A DNA stretch of 64,000 nucleotides from an uncultured Pirellulales bacterium (lineage in GTDB: Bacteria > Planctomycetota > Phycisphaerae > Sedimentisphaerales > Anaerohalosphaeraceae): assembly GCA_964563335.1 (NCBI GenBank), contig CAZLWL010000001.1, positions 9,946-73,945 of the forward strand, read 5' to 3'. Positions 39,374-47,820 of this stretch are shown piece by piece. The notes beneath the pieces were generated by a model. That model saw nothing but the letters and a program-made list of their open reading frames with translations. It made no database searches and was not told the origin of the DNA. A program made the translations under genes and the position numbers. The first letter of the stretch is position 1. Each line of letters opens with the position of its first letter.

Positions 39374-40069
39374 ATGAACAGTGCGTCGGAAAATACGGTG
39401 CCTCTTACGAGGATTCAGAAGCTCATCGGCAAATATATGCTTCAATCCAAGCGGGAAGGGCCATGTTGTTACCTCGAAGCCCGCGCGGATATGACCGACC
39501 TTGTGGCCATGCGAAGGCCGTATTGCAAGCAGGCGGGCGTTCGCGTAACGACAAACGATTTCTTCTTTTGTGCGATAGGCCGGGCGGTAAAGAAATTTCC
39601 ACTGATGGCGGGGCACCTCGACGCTGGCGGTGCCAGCGTTCGTATCCCCGACAATGTGGGCGTCGGCTTTGCGGTGGAGGCTCCGCAGGGACTTGTTGTT
39701 CCGGTGATAAAGAATGTTTTGGAAAAATCCCTCCCACAAATTGCAGTCCAAAGCAGTTCGCTCGTTGAGAAAGCACGGGCGAATAAGCTCACTCTTGATG
39801 ATTTCGAAGGCGCCGATATTGTCTTTAGCAGTCTTGGCATGTACGGCATAACTTCTTTTTTCGCAATCAAACCCCCCGGCGCCGTCGGCATCGTTTCAGT
39901 TGGAAAGTTTGAAGACACCCTCGTTCCGGCAAATGGCAGGTTGACGGTTCGCAAAACAATGTCGGTTGGCCTGGCAGCCGACCGTAGAATAGTAAGCGAA
40001 TTCTATGCCGCGCAATTCCTCAGTTGCGTAGTTGAACTGCTTGAAGCCCCTGAAATGTTAATCGCGTAG
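39374..40069 (+). CDS. 2-oxoacid dehydrogenase E2-type acyltransferase catalytic domain only, with a degenerate active site
   Basis: 231 aa with the E2 catalytic-domain pattern (VPLTRIQKLIGKYM...GVGFAVEAPQGLVVPVI...KARANKLTLDDFEGADIVFSSLGMYG). The DHRxxDG motif reads DRRIVSE. There is no lipoyl or E3-binding domain. Confidence 0.65.
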   Translation: MNSASENTVPLTRIQKLIGKYMLQSKREGPCCYLEARADMTDLVAMRRPYCKQAGVRVTTNDFFFCAIGRAVKKFPLMAGHLDAGGASVRIPDNVGVGFAVEAPQGLVVPVIKNVLEKSLPQIAVQSSSLVEKARANKLTLDDFEGADIVFSSLGMYGITSFFAIKPPGAVGIVSVGKFEDTLVPANGRLTVRKTMSVGLAADRRIVSEFYAAQFLSCVVELLEAPEMLIA

Positions 40070-40173
40070 AGCTATGTCGGCTGGCGACTGTTGACAACCG
40101 TGAACTTATTGATATATTGGAACGTCAAGTGTGGTAGTTGTGCCGAGTGATTATTATGGAAGGAACAATAAAG

Positions 40174-40560
40174 ATGAAGACCATAGCGTCGTCCGTACTG
40201 TTCTTGGCCGTTTTAGCTGTTTCAATCCTCTTTTTGGGCTGTGAAGAAGGAAACCACCTTTCCCAAAGAAGGACCAGGTTGGTCGGTGATGAGAACCTCA
40301 AACTGAAGGAGCGGCTTGAACTGTGCAATCAGGAAAATCGAAAACTCGAAGAAGCCGTCGCTTACTACGAAGAGGAGGAACAAAAGCGGGCCGATACCGA
40401 GAAGGAAATGGGAGACATGGTTCTCAAGTTGCTAAAAGATAAAGATGCTGCCGGGAAAGAAATTGAGAAGCTCACCGATGAGAATCTACGGCTTAAAACC
40501 AGAATCGCCGAGCTCGAATCTGCCCTTGCCCGAAGTGGCGACCAGCCGGACGCGCAGTAG
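40174..40560 (+). CDS. coiled-coil lipoprotein
   Basis: It has a signal peptide with a lipobox (LAVLAVSILFLGC) followed by about 100 aa of heptad-like charged sequence. The ATG at 40174 is preferred over the track start at 40138. Confidence 0.55.
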   Translation: MKTIASSVLFLAVLAVSILFLGCEEGNHLSQRRTRLVGDENLKLKERLELCNQENRKLEEAVAYYEEEEQKRADTEKEMGDMVLKLLKDKDAAGKEIEKLTDENLRLKTRIAELESALARSGDQPDAQ

Positions 40561-40563
40561 GCC

Positions 40564-42330
40564 TTAGACACATATTTTCTGTGACGCTTCGACGCAGTTG
40601 CTCAGATCTTCATTCGGATAGCGTCTTTGCATCGCCGCGGCAACCAGGCCGACAAACATCGGGTGGGGCCGAAGCGGACGCGAGGTAAAACACGGATGTG
40701 CCTGGGTCCCCATGAAAAACAGATGTGACGGTATCTCTAAAATCTGCATAATCGGCTGATTCGACGCCTTGCCCGAAAAGACAAGGCCGCCCGCTTCAAG
40801 CCGCTCGATATAGCGAGGGTCAACTTCATACCTGTGCCGGAACCGCATCCGGACAGAGTCGGCCTTGCCGAACAACTCCCACGCCAGGGTAACTCGCTTA
40901 AGCTCTACATCCCTGCCGCCCAGCCGCATGTTGCCGCCAAGCCCTTCTATCTTCTTTTGCTCGGGCAGAATGTCTATCACACGCTCGGTGCATTGTGAGT
41001 CAAGCTCGCCGCTGCCTGCATCTTCGAGTCCGCAAACATTGCGGGCAAATTCTATCACCGCCATCTGAAAGCCAAAGCAAAGCCCCAGATAGGGGACGTT
41101 ATTCTCTCTTGCGTACTTTATGCACGCAATCTTGCCCTCAGTACCCCGCGTTCCAAACCCGCCGGGCACGATTATGCCGTCGATACCGTCCAGATGGGCG
41201 GCGACATTGTTGTCCGTCACCTGTGTTGTTTCAATCCATTTGATATTTATTCTGCAGCCGAGCGCAATGCCGGAATGCTCAATGGCCTTGATTATCGATG
41301 CGTAGCTGTCGCGAACAGATGTGTACTTGCCCGTTATTCCAACCGTTACCTCGTGGGTCTCGGCTCCAATTTTGTCAACAAAATCACACCACCTCGCCCA
41401 TGCCCTGCGCTCATAACGCAGGTTGATTCTGTTCTCAATCTTTAACATCCGAAGCACCTCAAAGTCCAGTCCGCAATCCCGCAGCATCGACGGTATCATA
41501 TAGACGCTTGCCGAGTCATGCATACTGAAGACCCGCTCCAAAGGCACATTGCTGAAGACGCTTATCTTCTGCCTGACCTTATCACCGACGGGGCTCTCGG
41601 CCCTGCACGCGATAATATCCGGCTGAATACCCATCTGCATCATTTGCTTGATACCTAACTGGGCCGCCTTGGATTTCTGCTCGCCGAGGGTCTTGGGCTC
41701 CAGTATGTAAGTAAGCCCCACGAAACAACAGCTTGTAGGCCCTTCCTCGTATGCCAGCTCGCGCATCGCCTCGATATAGAACGCGTTTTCCAGGTCACCG
41801 ACCGTGCCGCCCAACTCGACAAAGACGATATCGGCATCGGTTTCCATGGCCAGGTGCCGAAGTTTCAGCTTGACCTCGCCGGTAACATGCGGAATCATCT
41901 GAACATCCCGGCCGAGGTAATCACCGTGACGCTCCTTGTCCAAAATGGACCGGTATATCTGCCCGCTCGTCGTAAAATTCGCTGTTGTTAAGTTCTGGTC
42001 CAGCATCCGCTCATACGTGCCAAGGTCCATGTCGCACTCCATGCCGTCGTCTAACACGAATACCTCGCCGTGGCGGAATGGATTCAGCGTCCCCGAATCG
42101 ATGTTCAGGTAACCCTCAAGTTTGATGGGCGTAACCTTCAGACCCTTATCCTGCATGAGCTTGGCCAGACACGAAGAAAATATCCCCTTGCCCAATCCGC
42201 TCATCACGGTACCCATCACCACGACGTACTTGGTCTTGCCTTTTTTGTATCCATCAGGTATCGGCGAAAAGTACTCCGTATCCGTCGAAACGTCGCTGAC
42301 GCTGGCCAACAAATCTTTGCTATTGCTCAT
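40564..42330 (-). CDS. pyrG: CTP synthase
   Basis: 588 aa. It has KYVVVMGTVMSGLGKG, the GATase region GLCFGFQMAVIEFARN and HRYEV. It carries an N-terminal extension of about 30 aa. Confidence 0.95.
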   Translation of the reverse strand: MSNSKDLLASVSDVSTDTEYFSPIPDGYKKGKTKYVVVMGTVMSGLGKGIFSSCLAKLMQDKGLKVTPIKLEGYLNIDSGTLNPFRHGEVFVLDDGMECDMDLGTYERMLDQNLTTANFTTSGQIYRSILDKERHGDYLGRDVQMIPHVTGEVKLKLRHLAMETDADIVFVELGGTVGDLENAFYIEAMRELAYEEGPTSCCFVGLTYILEPKTLGEQKSKAAQLGIKQMMQMGIQPDIIACRAESPVGDKVRQKISVFSNVPLERVFSMHDSASVYMIPSMLRDCGLDFEVLRMLKIENRINLRYERRAWARWCDFVDKIGAETHEVTVGITGKYTSVRDSYASIIKAIEHSGIALGCRINIKWIETTQVTDNNVAAHLDGIDGIIVPGGFGTRGTEGKIACIKYARENNVPYLGLCFGFQMAVIEFARNVCGLEDAGSGELDSQCTERVIDILPEQKKIEGLGGNMRLGGRDVELKRVTLAWELFGKADSVRMRFRHRYEVDPRYIERLEAGGLVFSGKASNQPIMQILEIPSHLFFMGTQAHPCFTSRPLRPHPMFVGLVAAAMQRRYPNEDLSNCVEASQKICV

Positions 42331-42377
42331 TTACTCTCCTGTTATTTCCTGCCATAGAAATTATTCATTTTTTATTT

Positions 42378-42408
42378 TAGCCACAGAGGGCACAGAGAAC
42401 ACAGAGAA
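42378..42408. repeat. 31-nt (NNCTCTGTG)x3-GCTA element, copy A (inverted relative to B and C)
   Basis: The plus strand reads tagccacagagggcacagagaacacagagaa. Its reverse complement is ttctctgtgttctctgtgccctctgtggcta. Confidence 0.85.
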
Positions 42409-42439
42409 TATTTCCTTATTCATGCTTAAAGAGCAAGAA

Positions 42440-43228
42440 TCAATTCTCCATATTAAAAACGACTTCGCGCAAAGCCAATGTTTCCATAAGACTCGGTTCC
42501 GAACCGAATAGCGAGTACGCCGTAATATTCATTGAATCCAATTCTTTAAGCACCTTCTGCCGCTCTGAGATGGGGATGTCATATCTAATCAGAACCCCCT
42601 GGCCTTCAACATCCTCTTTGACTTCTTCATGATTAGCAAAATAAATCTCATCCTCTTCTTTTCTAAAACAAATTGTATACTCGCTTTGCTGTAGATAGTG
42701 TGTCCGGAAAGTTTTTATTGAAGAACCCAGTCGCCAAATAGACGGGCTCCCTTCGCACATAACATCTCCCCTATGTACAAAAATCGAAGCATGTTCTGCT
42801 TTAGAATACACATCTCCAAAAGCGAAAAAAGCGGCTATGTATGGGGATTTAGTCCAGTCTATTAAAGGACTTGGGAATCCATTGTGTCTTAAATACACCA
42901 TAAACTCGTAAACCGACAACGGCAAATCAAACCCTCCGAGGAATATCTTTGGCTCCTTTGTTTCCAGATCCCATTTCCTGCCGGTGCAGGTTGCAATGTG
43001 GTCGCGAACAATTTTTACTTTTGTGATATAGTCCGAACGCTTCATTTCCTTCTTTATCCTATCGAGGGTTGATTCAAGATGATATTCGGCATTTTTTACT
43101 CCTCTAAAAATGGGATATTCCACACGGCTTAGCTTTCCTTCCTGTTGCAGCACCGTGGTCTGATCACTTATCGTGACCAATTCTCTTTCAAAGTCTTCCC
43201 AAGTATTAAGTTGTATTGGTTCTTTCAT
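42440..43228 (-). CDS. FRG-domain protein
   Basis: 262 aa. It has the YPIFRGVKNAEYHLESTLDR (FRG motif), then LRHNGFPSPLIDWT, typical of the family. Confidence 0.7.
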   Translation of the reverse strand: MKEPIQLNTWEDFERELVTISDQTTVLQQEGKLSRVEYPIFRGVKNAEYHLESTLDRIKKEMKRSDYITKVKIVRDHIATCTGRKWDLETKEPKIFLGGFDLPLSVYEFMVYLRHNGFPSPLIDWTKSPYIAAFFAFGDVYSKAEHASIFVHRGDVMCEGSPSIWRLGSSIKTFRTHYLQQSEYTICFRKEEDEIYFANHEEVKEDVEGQGVLIRYDIPISERQKVLKELDSMNITAYSLFGSEPSLMETLALREVVFNMEN

Positions 43229-43259
43229 CGTATCGACCGCTTAACAACTAAAATCTTTT

Positions 43260-43290
43260 TTCTCTGTGACCTCTGTGCCCTCTGTGGCTA
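43260..43290. repeat. 31-nt (NNCTCTGTG)x3-GCTA element, copy B
   Basis: The sequence is ttctctgtgacctctgtgccctctgtggcta. It lies between the FRG and GxxExxY genes and ends exactly at the stop codon of the GxxExxY gene. Confidence 0.85.
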
Positions 43291-43656
43291 TCAAAGAGCA
43301 ACACGTTTAATGCCGTCGACCAGTCGCTTTTCACCGAAGTTCACTATCAGCCCTCGTCTGAGGTTTGTCGCCTTGAGATAGGAAAGAGTCTGGGCCAGGG
43401 CGACTTCAGGAAGCTTGGACAACGATTTAATTTCCACAACTACCTCATTCTCGACAAGAATATCTATCTTCTGGCCTTTGATAACTTTGCCTTTGTAGAT
43501 AATATCAGCAGGCGCTTGCCTTTTGTACTTTATTCCCTGCAGGTCAAATTCATAGCGCAGGGCTTCCTCATAAATCGACTCAAGGAGTCCGGGGCCAAGC
43601 TCTCGATGAACCTCGATAGCCGCACCAATTATTTTTTCTGTCAACTCGTCAGACAT
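43291..43656 (-). CDS. GxxExxY protein (PD-(D/E)XK-fold family)
   Basis: 121 aa, with IIGAAIEVHRELGPGLLESIYEEAL, then DILVENEVVVEIKS and RRGLIVNFG. Confidence 0.85.
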   Translation of the reverse strand: MSDELTEKIIGAAIEVHRELGPGLLESIYEEALRYEFDLQGIKYKRQAPADIIYKGKVIKGQKIDILVENEVVVEIKSLSKLPEVALAQTLSYLKATNLRRGLIVNFGEKRLVDGIKRVAL

Positions 43657-43666
43657 TTTCTTTTTT

Positions 43667-43697
43667 TTCTCTGTGACCTCTGTGTTCTCTGTGGCTA
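43667..43697. repeat. 31-nt (NNCTCTGTG)x3-GCTA element, copy C
   Basis: The sequence is ttctctgtgacctctgtgttctctgtggcta. An extra partial unit, ctctgtggct, at 43714-43723 encodes the last residues of KdsB. Confidence 0.85.
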
Positions 43698-43702
43698 AAA
43701 AA

Positions 43703-44452
43703 TCACTTGTTTACTCTGTGGCTGTTTTTATATCTTTTCACAAACTCCGCGTATTGCTCGGGAGTATCTATTCCCTCCCAGGCATGTTCTACTTTGCCGG
43801 TTATAATTGTAAAGCCATGCTCAATCGCACGCAGTTGCTCAAGCTTCTCACATTTTTCGAGCTCGCCCTGCGGCAGCGATGTAAACTTGAGCAGGAAATC
43901 TTTACGGTATGCATATATCCCAAGATGCCTCAGATACCTTGCCGTTTGTCCGACGCCGCCGGCCTGTCGGTCATACGGTATCACCGACCGCGAAAAGTAA
44001 ATCGCCCTGCCGTTCTTATCTACTATCACCTTGACGATATTCGGGTCGCTTATCTGTTCGCGGTTCTCAAACCGGGCCACTAACGTTGCCATATCCGCAT
44101 CACTTTTCCTCAGAAGTTCTACAAGTTCGTCGATATTGGCCGGGTCAATCTCCGGCTCGTCAGCCTGCAGATTTACGATTATTTTACAGTCAATATCACG
44201 CGCAGCCTCGGCGATACGGTCTGTCCCGCTCTGGTGAGCCGCCGAGGTCATAACGCAAGCCGCCCCGAAACTCGCGCAGGCCCCCATCACAAGCTCGCTG
44301 TCGGCCGCTATGAGCACCTTTTCGACGCTCTTGGCGCACAAGGCCCGCTCGTACGTATGTTGGACGAGGAATTTGCCGGTATCTTTGGCGAGAACTTTCC
44401 CCTCGAATCGACTTGACCCGTATCGAGCAGGTATTACAGCCAATACTTCCAC
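43703..44452 (-). CDS. kdsB: 3-deoxy-manno-octulosonate cytidylyltransferase (CMP-Kdo synthetase)
   Basis: 249 aa, with VIPARYGSSRFEGKVL, HQSGTDRIAEA and NLQADEPEI motifs. Confidence 0.9.
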   Translation of the reverse strand: MEVLAVIPARYGSSRFEGKVLAKDTGKFLVQHTYERALCAKSVEKVLIAADSELVMGACASFGAACVMTSAAHQSGTDRIAEAARDIDCKIIVNLQADEPEIDPANIDELVELLRKSDADMATLVARFENREQISDPNIVKVIVDKNGRAIYFSRSVIPYDRQAGGVGQTARYLRHLGIYAYRKDFLLKFTSLPQGELEKCEKLEQLRAIEHGFTIITGKVEHAWEGIDTPEQYAEFVKRYKNSHRVNK

Positions 44453-44693
44453 AAAACCTTCCCGGCAGCAGTTTTCAATAAATTCAGTCTCAAAACCACT
44501 GCCCGATTATATTAAATCAAATCCCTTCGGCTGTCAACCCCTGCTGAAATAAATTCTCCGTCCCTGTCCTGGGCCTGTTTATGCTGAGCAAAGCCGAAGT
44601 CGCCGAAGGGCCTTCATCATGTCCTCCGTTTATCTTCCGCGTCGCAGTTGCACACGCTGCCTGTGAGGCTGGACAATCCTGACAGTATCAGAG

Positions 44694-44858
44694 CTATATA
44701 TATTGGCCGGATTCGAGTCTGCCGACAACGGTTAGTTCGACTCTACCATTATGCTCCACGGCGTTCATGACCTCATCCTTATCGAACAAAGTAAACACGC
44801 TCGTCTTTCTGCCCCCGCCGATGACCCGCCGCCAGCTCGCCTCAATTGGCCCGCTCAT
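44694..44858 (-). CDS. possible small ORF (54 aa) translationally coupled to the upstream nucleotidyltransferase gene
   Basis: The ATG at 44858 lies 2 nt after the stop of the preceding gene. I recognised no motif, and it could be spurious. Confidence 0.2.
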   Translation of the reverse strand: MSGPIEASWRRVIGGGRKTSVFTLFDKDEVMNAVEHNGRVELTVVGRLESGQYI

Positions 44859-44860
44859 TC

Positions 44861-46081
44861 TCAGCGGTTCAATCGCTCGTGCTGCCGCAGCCACTGCACA
44901 ACCCACCGCCTGGCCTGGTTGGGGGTGCTGAGCTCTTCGGCAAGCTGGGCAATATACATCTCCTCAGCCACAAGTCCTACCATAGGCCCCGGCTGGACTC
45001 CGAGCCCAATAAGCTCATGCCCATCCAGCAGTGGCCTGGGGCTGAGCTTGCACCCCTTAAGTGCCCGGGCACGTTTTTTAATCGCCAAAAGCGGTCCGAT
45101 ACTTTCACCACGCGACTTTTGAATCGCACGCTGCAATTCATACAAATCCGAAAAGTAAGGCTGGGCCAGTAACAATTTTAATTGGGCAAGCCCCATCTGA
45201 GCTTCCAGCAGTTTTGCCCTGTTGTCTAACAAGAACCGCAAATGCCTGTTGTGGGCCCTGCTGGGCTTCAGGCGGCGCCCCTGGGCCATCGCTGACTTAG
45301 TGTCGCACGCTGAAAAAAATGACGACAGTGCCAACGGAAAATCAACCTTCTTGCGCAAATAGCCAAAGACCTCAATTCCAAAGCGAGCATCCTTAAGGCC
45401 AATGCCCGGGAAAATCGCCTCGGTCAATCCACTGTCGAGCAGCATGGATGCTCCATCTCGACGATTTGGGTGCGTAAGTATCATCTCGAGCTCCATCGCA
45501 ATCCGCTCGGCGCTGATTTTTGTGATATTGTGCGCCTTGCTGCAAACGGCCGACCACGTCTGCGGTTCAATTGCAAAACCTAATTGGGTGGAGAACCGCA
45601 CTGCCCGCAGCAGCCTTAGATAATCTTCACCGAAACGTTTTTGTGCATCGCCAATCGTCCGGATGACCCCCTTGCGCAAATCGGCCTGACCGTTAACATA
45701 GTCTATTACCTTCCGACCAATCGGGTCGTAGAACATCCCGTTTATGGTGAAGTCTCTTCTGCTTGCGTCTTTCTGCGGGCTGGAAAATACTACGCGGCCC
45801 GGATGTCTGCCGTCGGTATATCCGCTTTCCGTTCTGAATGTCGCAACTTCGGTCTGCACACCGTCTGCAATCACCATAACAACGCCGAACTTGGCGCCCA
45901 CTTTCAGCGTCCGCTTGAACAACTTCATAACTTCATCAGGCCGAGCGTCGGTCGCCACATCATAATCTTTGGCCTGGCGCTTCAGCAGCATATCGCGCAC
46001 ACATCCCCCCGCCAGCAGCGCCTGGTAATCGGCCTTACGCAGCCGTTTGATTATCTTTATCGCCGCTTCCCTGTTCGTCAT
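44861..46081 (-). CDS. tRNA nucleotidyltransferase (CCA-adding) / poly(A) polymerase family protein
   Basis: 406 aa, with the LLAGGCVRDMLL...DYDVAT head-domain motif and ERI..EL-type body. Confidence 0.8.
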   Translation of the reverse strand: MTNREAAIKIIKRLRKADYQALLAGGCVRDMLLKRQAKDYDVATDARPDEVMKLFKRTLKVGAKFGVVMVIADGVQTEVATFRTESGYTDGRHPGRVVFSSPQKDASRRDFTINGMFYDPIGRKVIDYVNGQADLRKGVIRTIGDAQKRFGEDYLRLLRAVRFSTQLGFAIEPQTWSAVCSKAHNITKISAERIAMELEMILTHPNRRDGASMLLDSGLTEAIFPGIGLKDARFGIEVFGYLRKKVDFPLALSSFFSACDTKSAMAQGRRLKPSRAHNRHLRFLLDNRAKLLEAQMGLAQLKLLLAQPYFSDLYELQRAIQKSRGESIGPLLAIKKRARALKGCKLSPRPLLDGHELIGLGVQPGPMVGLVAEEMYIAQLAEELSTPNQARRWVVQWLRQHERLNR

Positions 46082-46097
46082 CTGTACAAAACTTTCA

Positions 46098-46685
46098 TCA
46101 GTAACCAGCCAACTGTAAAAGCGTTATCGCCATGGTCCCCCACTCGCGTCTGTCTATTACCCTCAACCGGCTGTATGCATCCGGCAGACTTGTTCGGCGG
46201 TGTGTTCTGGCCACGATGATTGCCTCGTCAGCCGCCTGCTCGCATACAAGCTCGAAAAGGCCGGCCACCGGTGAATCCGTCCCCATATCTTCCGTCATTT
46301 TATAGGGCGGGTCAACAAAAACGAGTTCACACTTCTCGCCGCCCGAACTTTGGGCCGCCCCAATCTTAAGCGCATTGGCCCTGATTACCTTTGACTGAGC
46401 TATGAAACCCGCCTTTGCTATATTTCGATTCAATACTTCAACCGCACTCGCATCTTTTTCAACAAATGTAACTTCACTCGCACCCCGGCTTAGCGCCTCA
46501 AGTCCCAACGAGCCCATCCCACAAAATAAATCCGCCACAACTTTGTCCTGCGGAAAACCGTAATTGTAAAGCACATTAAACAGCGACTCCTTGACCCTGT
46601 CCGTAATGGGTCTGGTATCGTAGCCCTTCGGGCTAAGCAGCTTCATCCCGCGTTTTGTACCCGCTATTATCCGCATCCATGCCAC
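46098..46685 (-). CDS. rsmD: 16S rRNA (guanine966-N2)-methyltransferase
   Basis: 195 aa, with RIIAGTKRGMKL.....TRPITDRVKESLFN, DLFCGMGSLGLEALSRGA and FVDPPY. Confidence 0.85.
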   Translation of the reverse strand: MAWMRIIAGTKRGMKLLSPKGYDTRPITDRVKESLFNVLYNYGFPQDKVVADLFCGMGSLGLEALSRGASEVTFVEKDASAVEVLNRNIAKAGFIAQSKVIRANALKIGAAQSSGGEKCELVFVDPPYKMTEDMGTDSPVAGLFELVCEQAADEAIIVARTHRRTSLPDAYSRLRVIDRREWGTMAITLLQLAGY

Positions 46686-46697
46686 TCCTTCGCGATT

Positions 46698-47810
46698 TCA
46701 AGCCTGCGATTCAAATGTATCCGTTCCTAACTCTTGTTCACTCTTGAATCTTTCAATTGCAAGCTCGATGAGCTTGTCTATAAGCTCTGAATAAGATATT
46801 CCGCTTGCGGCACACAATTTCGGATACATGCTGATTTTCGTAAAACCCGGAATTGTATTAATCTCATTTACGATAATCTCGTCGTTGTCCTTCAAAAAGA
46901 AGTCTATGCGCGCCATACCCTCACAGCAAATCGCTCTAAACGTCTTGATTGCGTAATCCTGTACCTTCTTCGTTGTCTTATCGCTAAGCCTGGCCGGGAT
47001 ATCAAAAACAGCCCCATTTTCATCAATATATTTTGCCTCATACGAATAAAATTCGTGTTGCGGTATAATCTCACCCGGCACCGACGCGATCGGATTATCA
47101 TTGCCCAACACGGAGCACTCAATCTCCCGGCCCTCGATATACTCTTCGACAAGTATCTTGTTGTCGTATTCAAAAGCCATATCAACCGCTTTGCGGAACT
47201 GGCCGGCGGATTTAACCTTGCTGATGCCGACCGAGGAGCCGAGATTCGCCGGCTTCACAAACACCGGCAGCCCCAGACAATCTTTCACTGCATCAAAATC
47301 AATCTCATCCGCCCCTGACCGCTTAAAGACAAGAAAGTCAGCGATCCGAATCCCGGCGTCTCTGAGCAGTCTTTTCATAACGTCTTTATCCATGCCCGCG
47401 GCCGAACCTAAGACGCCCGCCCCCACAAAAGGGACGTTTACCAGTTTCAACAATCCCTGAATCGTACCATCTTCGCCGAACGGCCCATGAAGAACCGGAA
47501 AAACAACGTCAATCGGCCCAACAGTCCTATTATCGGAAAGACTAATAAGTTGCCTGCTCTGGTCGCCGGGAACCAGGGCCAGACTCTCACCGGCTACTTG
47601 CAGCTTTATCAGCTTCGAATCATCTGCATGTAAGAGAAACTCAGACGACTCATCCAGATGCCATCTGCCCTTTTTATCAATGCCCACCAAGACCACGTCA
47701 TACTTTTGCCTGTCGATAGCCGCCACGACGTTCCTGGCCGACTGGAGCGAAACCTCGTGCTCGGCTGATTGCCCGCCAAATAAAATTGCCACCCTTATCT
47801 TTCTGCTCAT
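46698..47810 (-). CDS. ddl: D-alanine--D-alanine ligase
   Basis: 370 aa, with RVAILFGGQSAEHEVSLQSA, VFPVLHGPFGEDGTIQGLL and VNEINTIPGFT. Confidence 0.9.
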   Translation of the reverse strand: MSRKIRVAILFGGQSAEHEVSLQSARNVVAAIDRQKYDVVLVGIDKKGRWHLDESSEFLLHADDSKLIKLQVAGESLALVPGDQSRQLISLSDNRTVGPIDVVFPVLHGPFGEDGTIQGLLKLVNVPFVGAGVLGSAAGMDKDVMKRLLRDAGIRIADFLVFKRSGADEIDFDAVKDCLGLPVFVKPANLGSSVGISKVKSAGQFRKAVDMAFEYDNKILVEEYIEGREIECSVLGNDNPIASVPGEIIPQHEFYSYEAKYIDENGAVFDIPARLSDKTTKKVQDYAIKTFRAICCEGMARIDFFLKDNDEIIVNEINTIPGFTKISMYPKLCAASGISYSELIDKLIELAIERFKSEQELGTDTFESQA

Positions 47811-47820
47811 TACAGTGCCT

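Noticed and set aside
42378-43697. Could the three 31-nt repeats be a CRISPR array?
   Set aside because: There are only three copies, one of them inverted. The spacings are about 850 and 376 nt and are filled by complete protein-coding genes. There are no cas genes. The repeat itself is an internal tandem 9-mer rather than a CRISPR-like palindrome.
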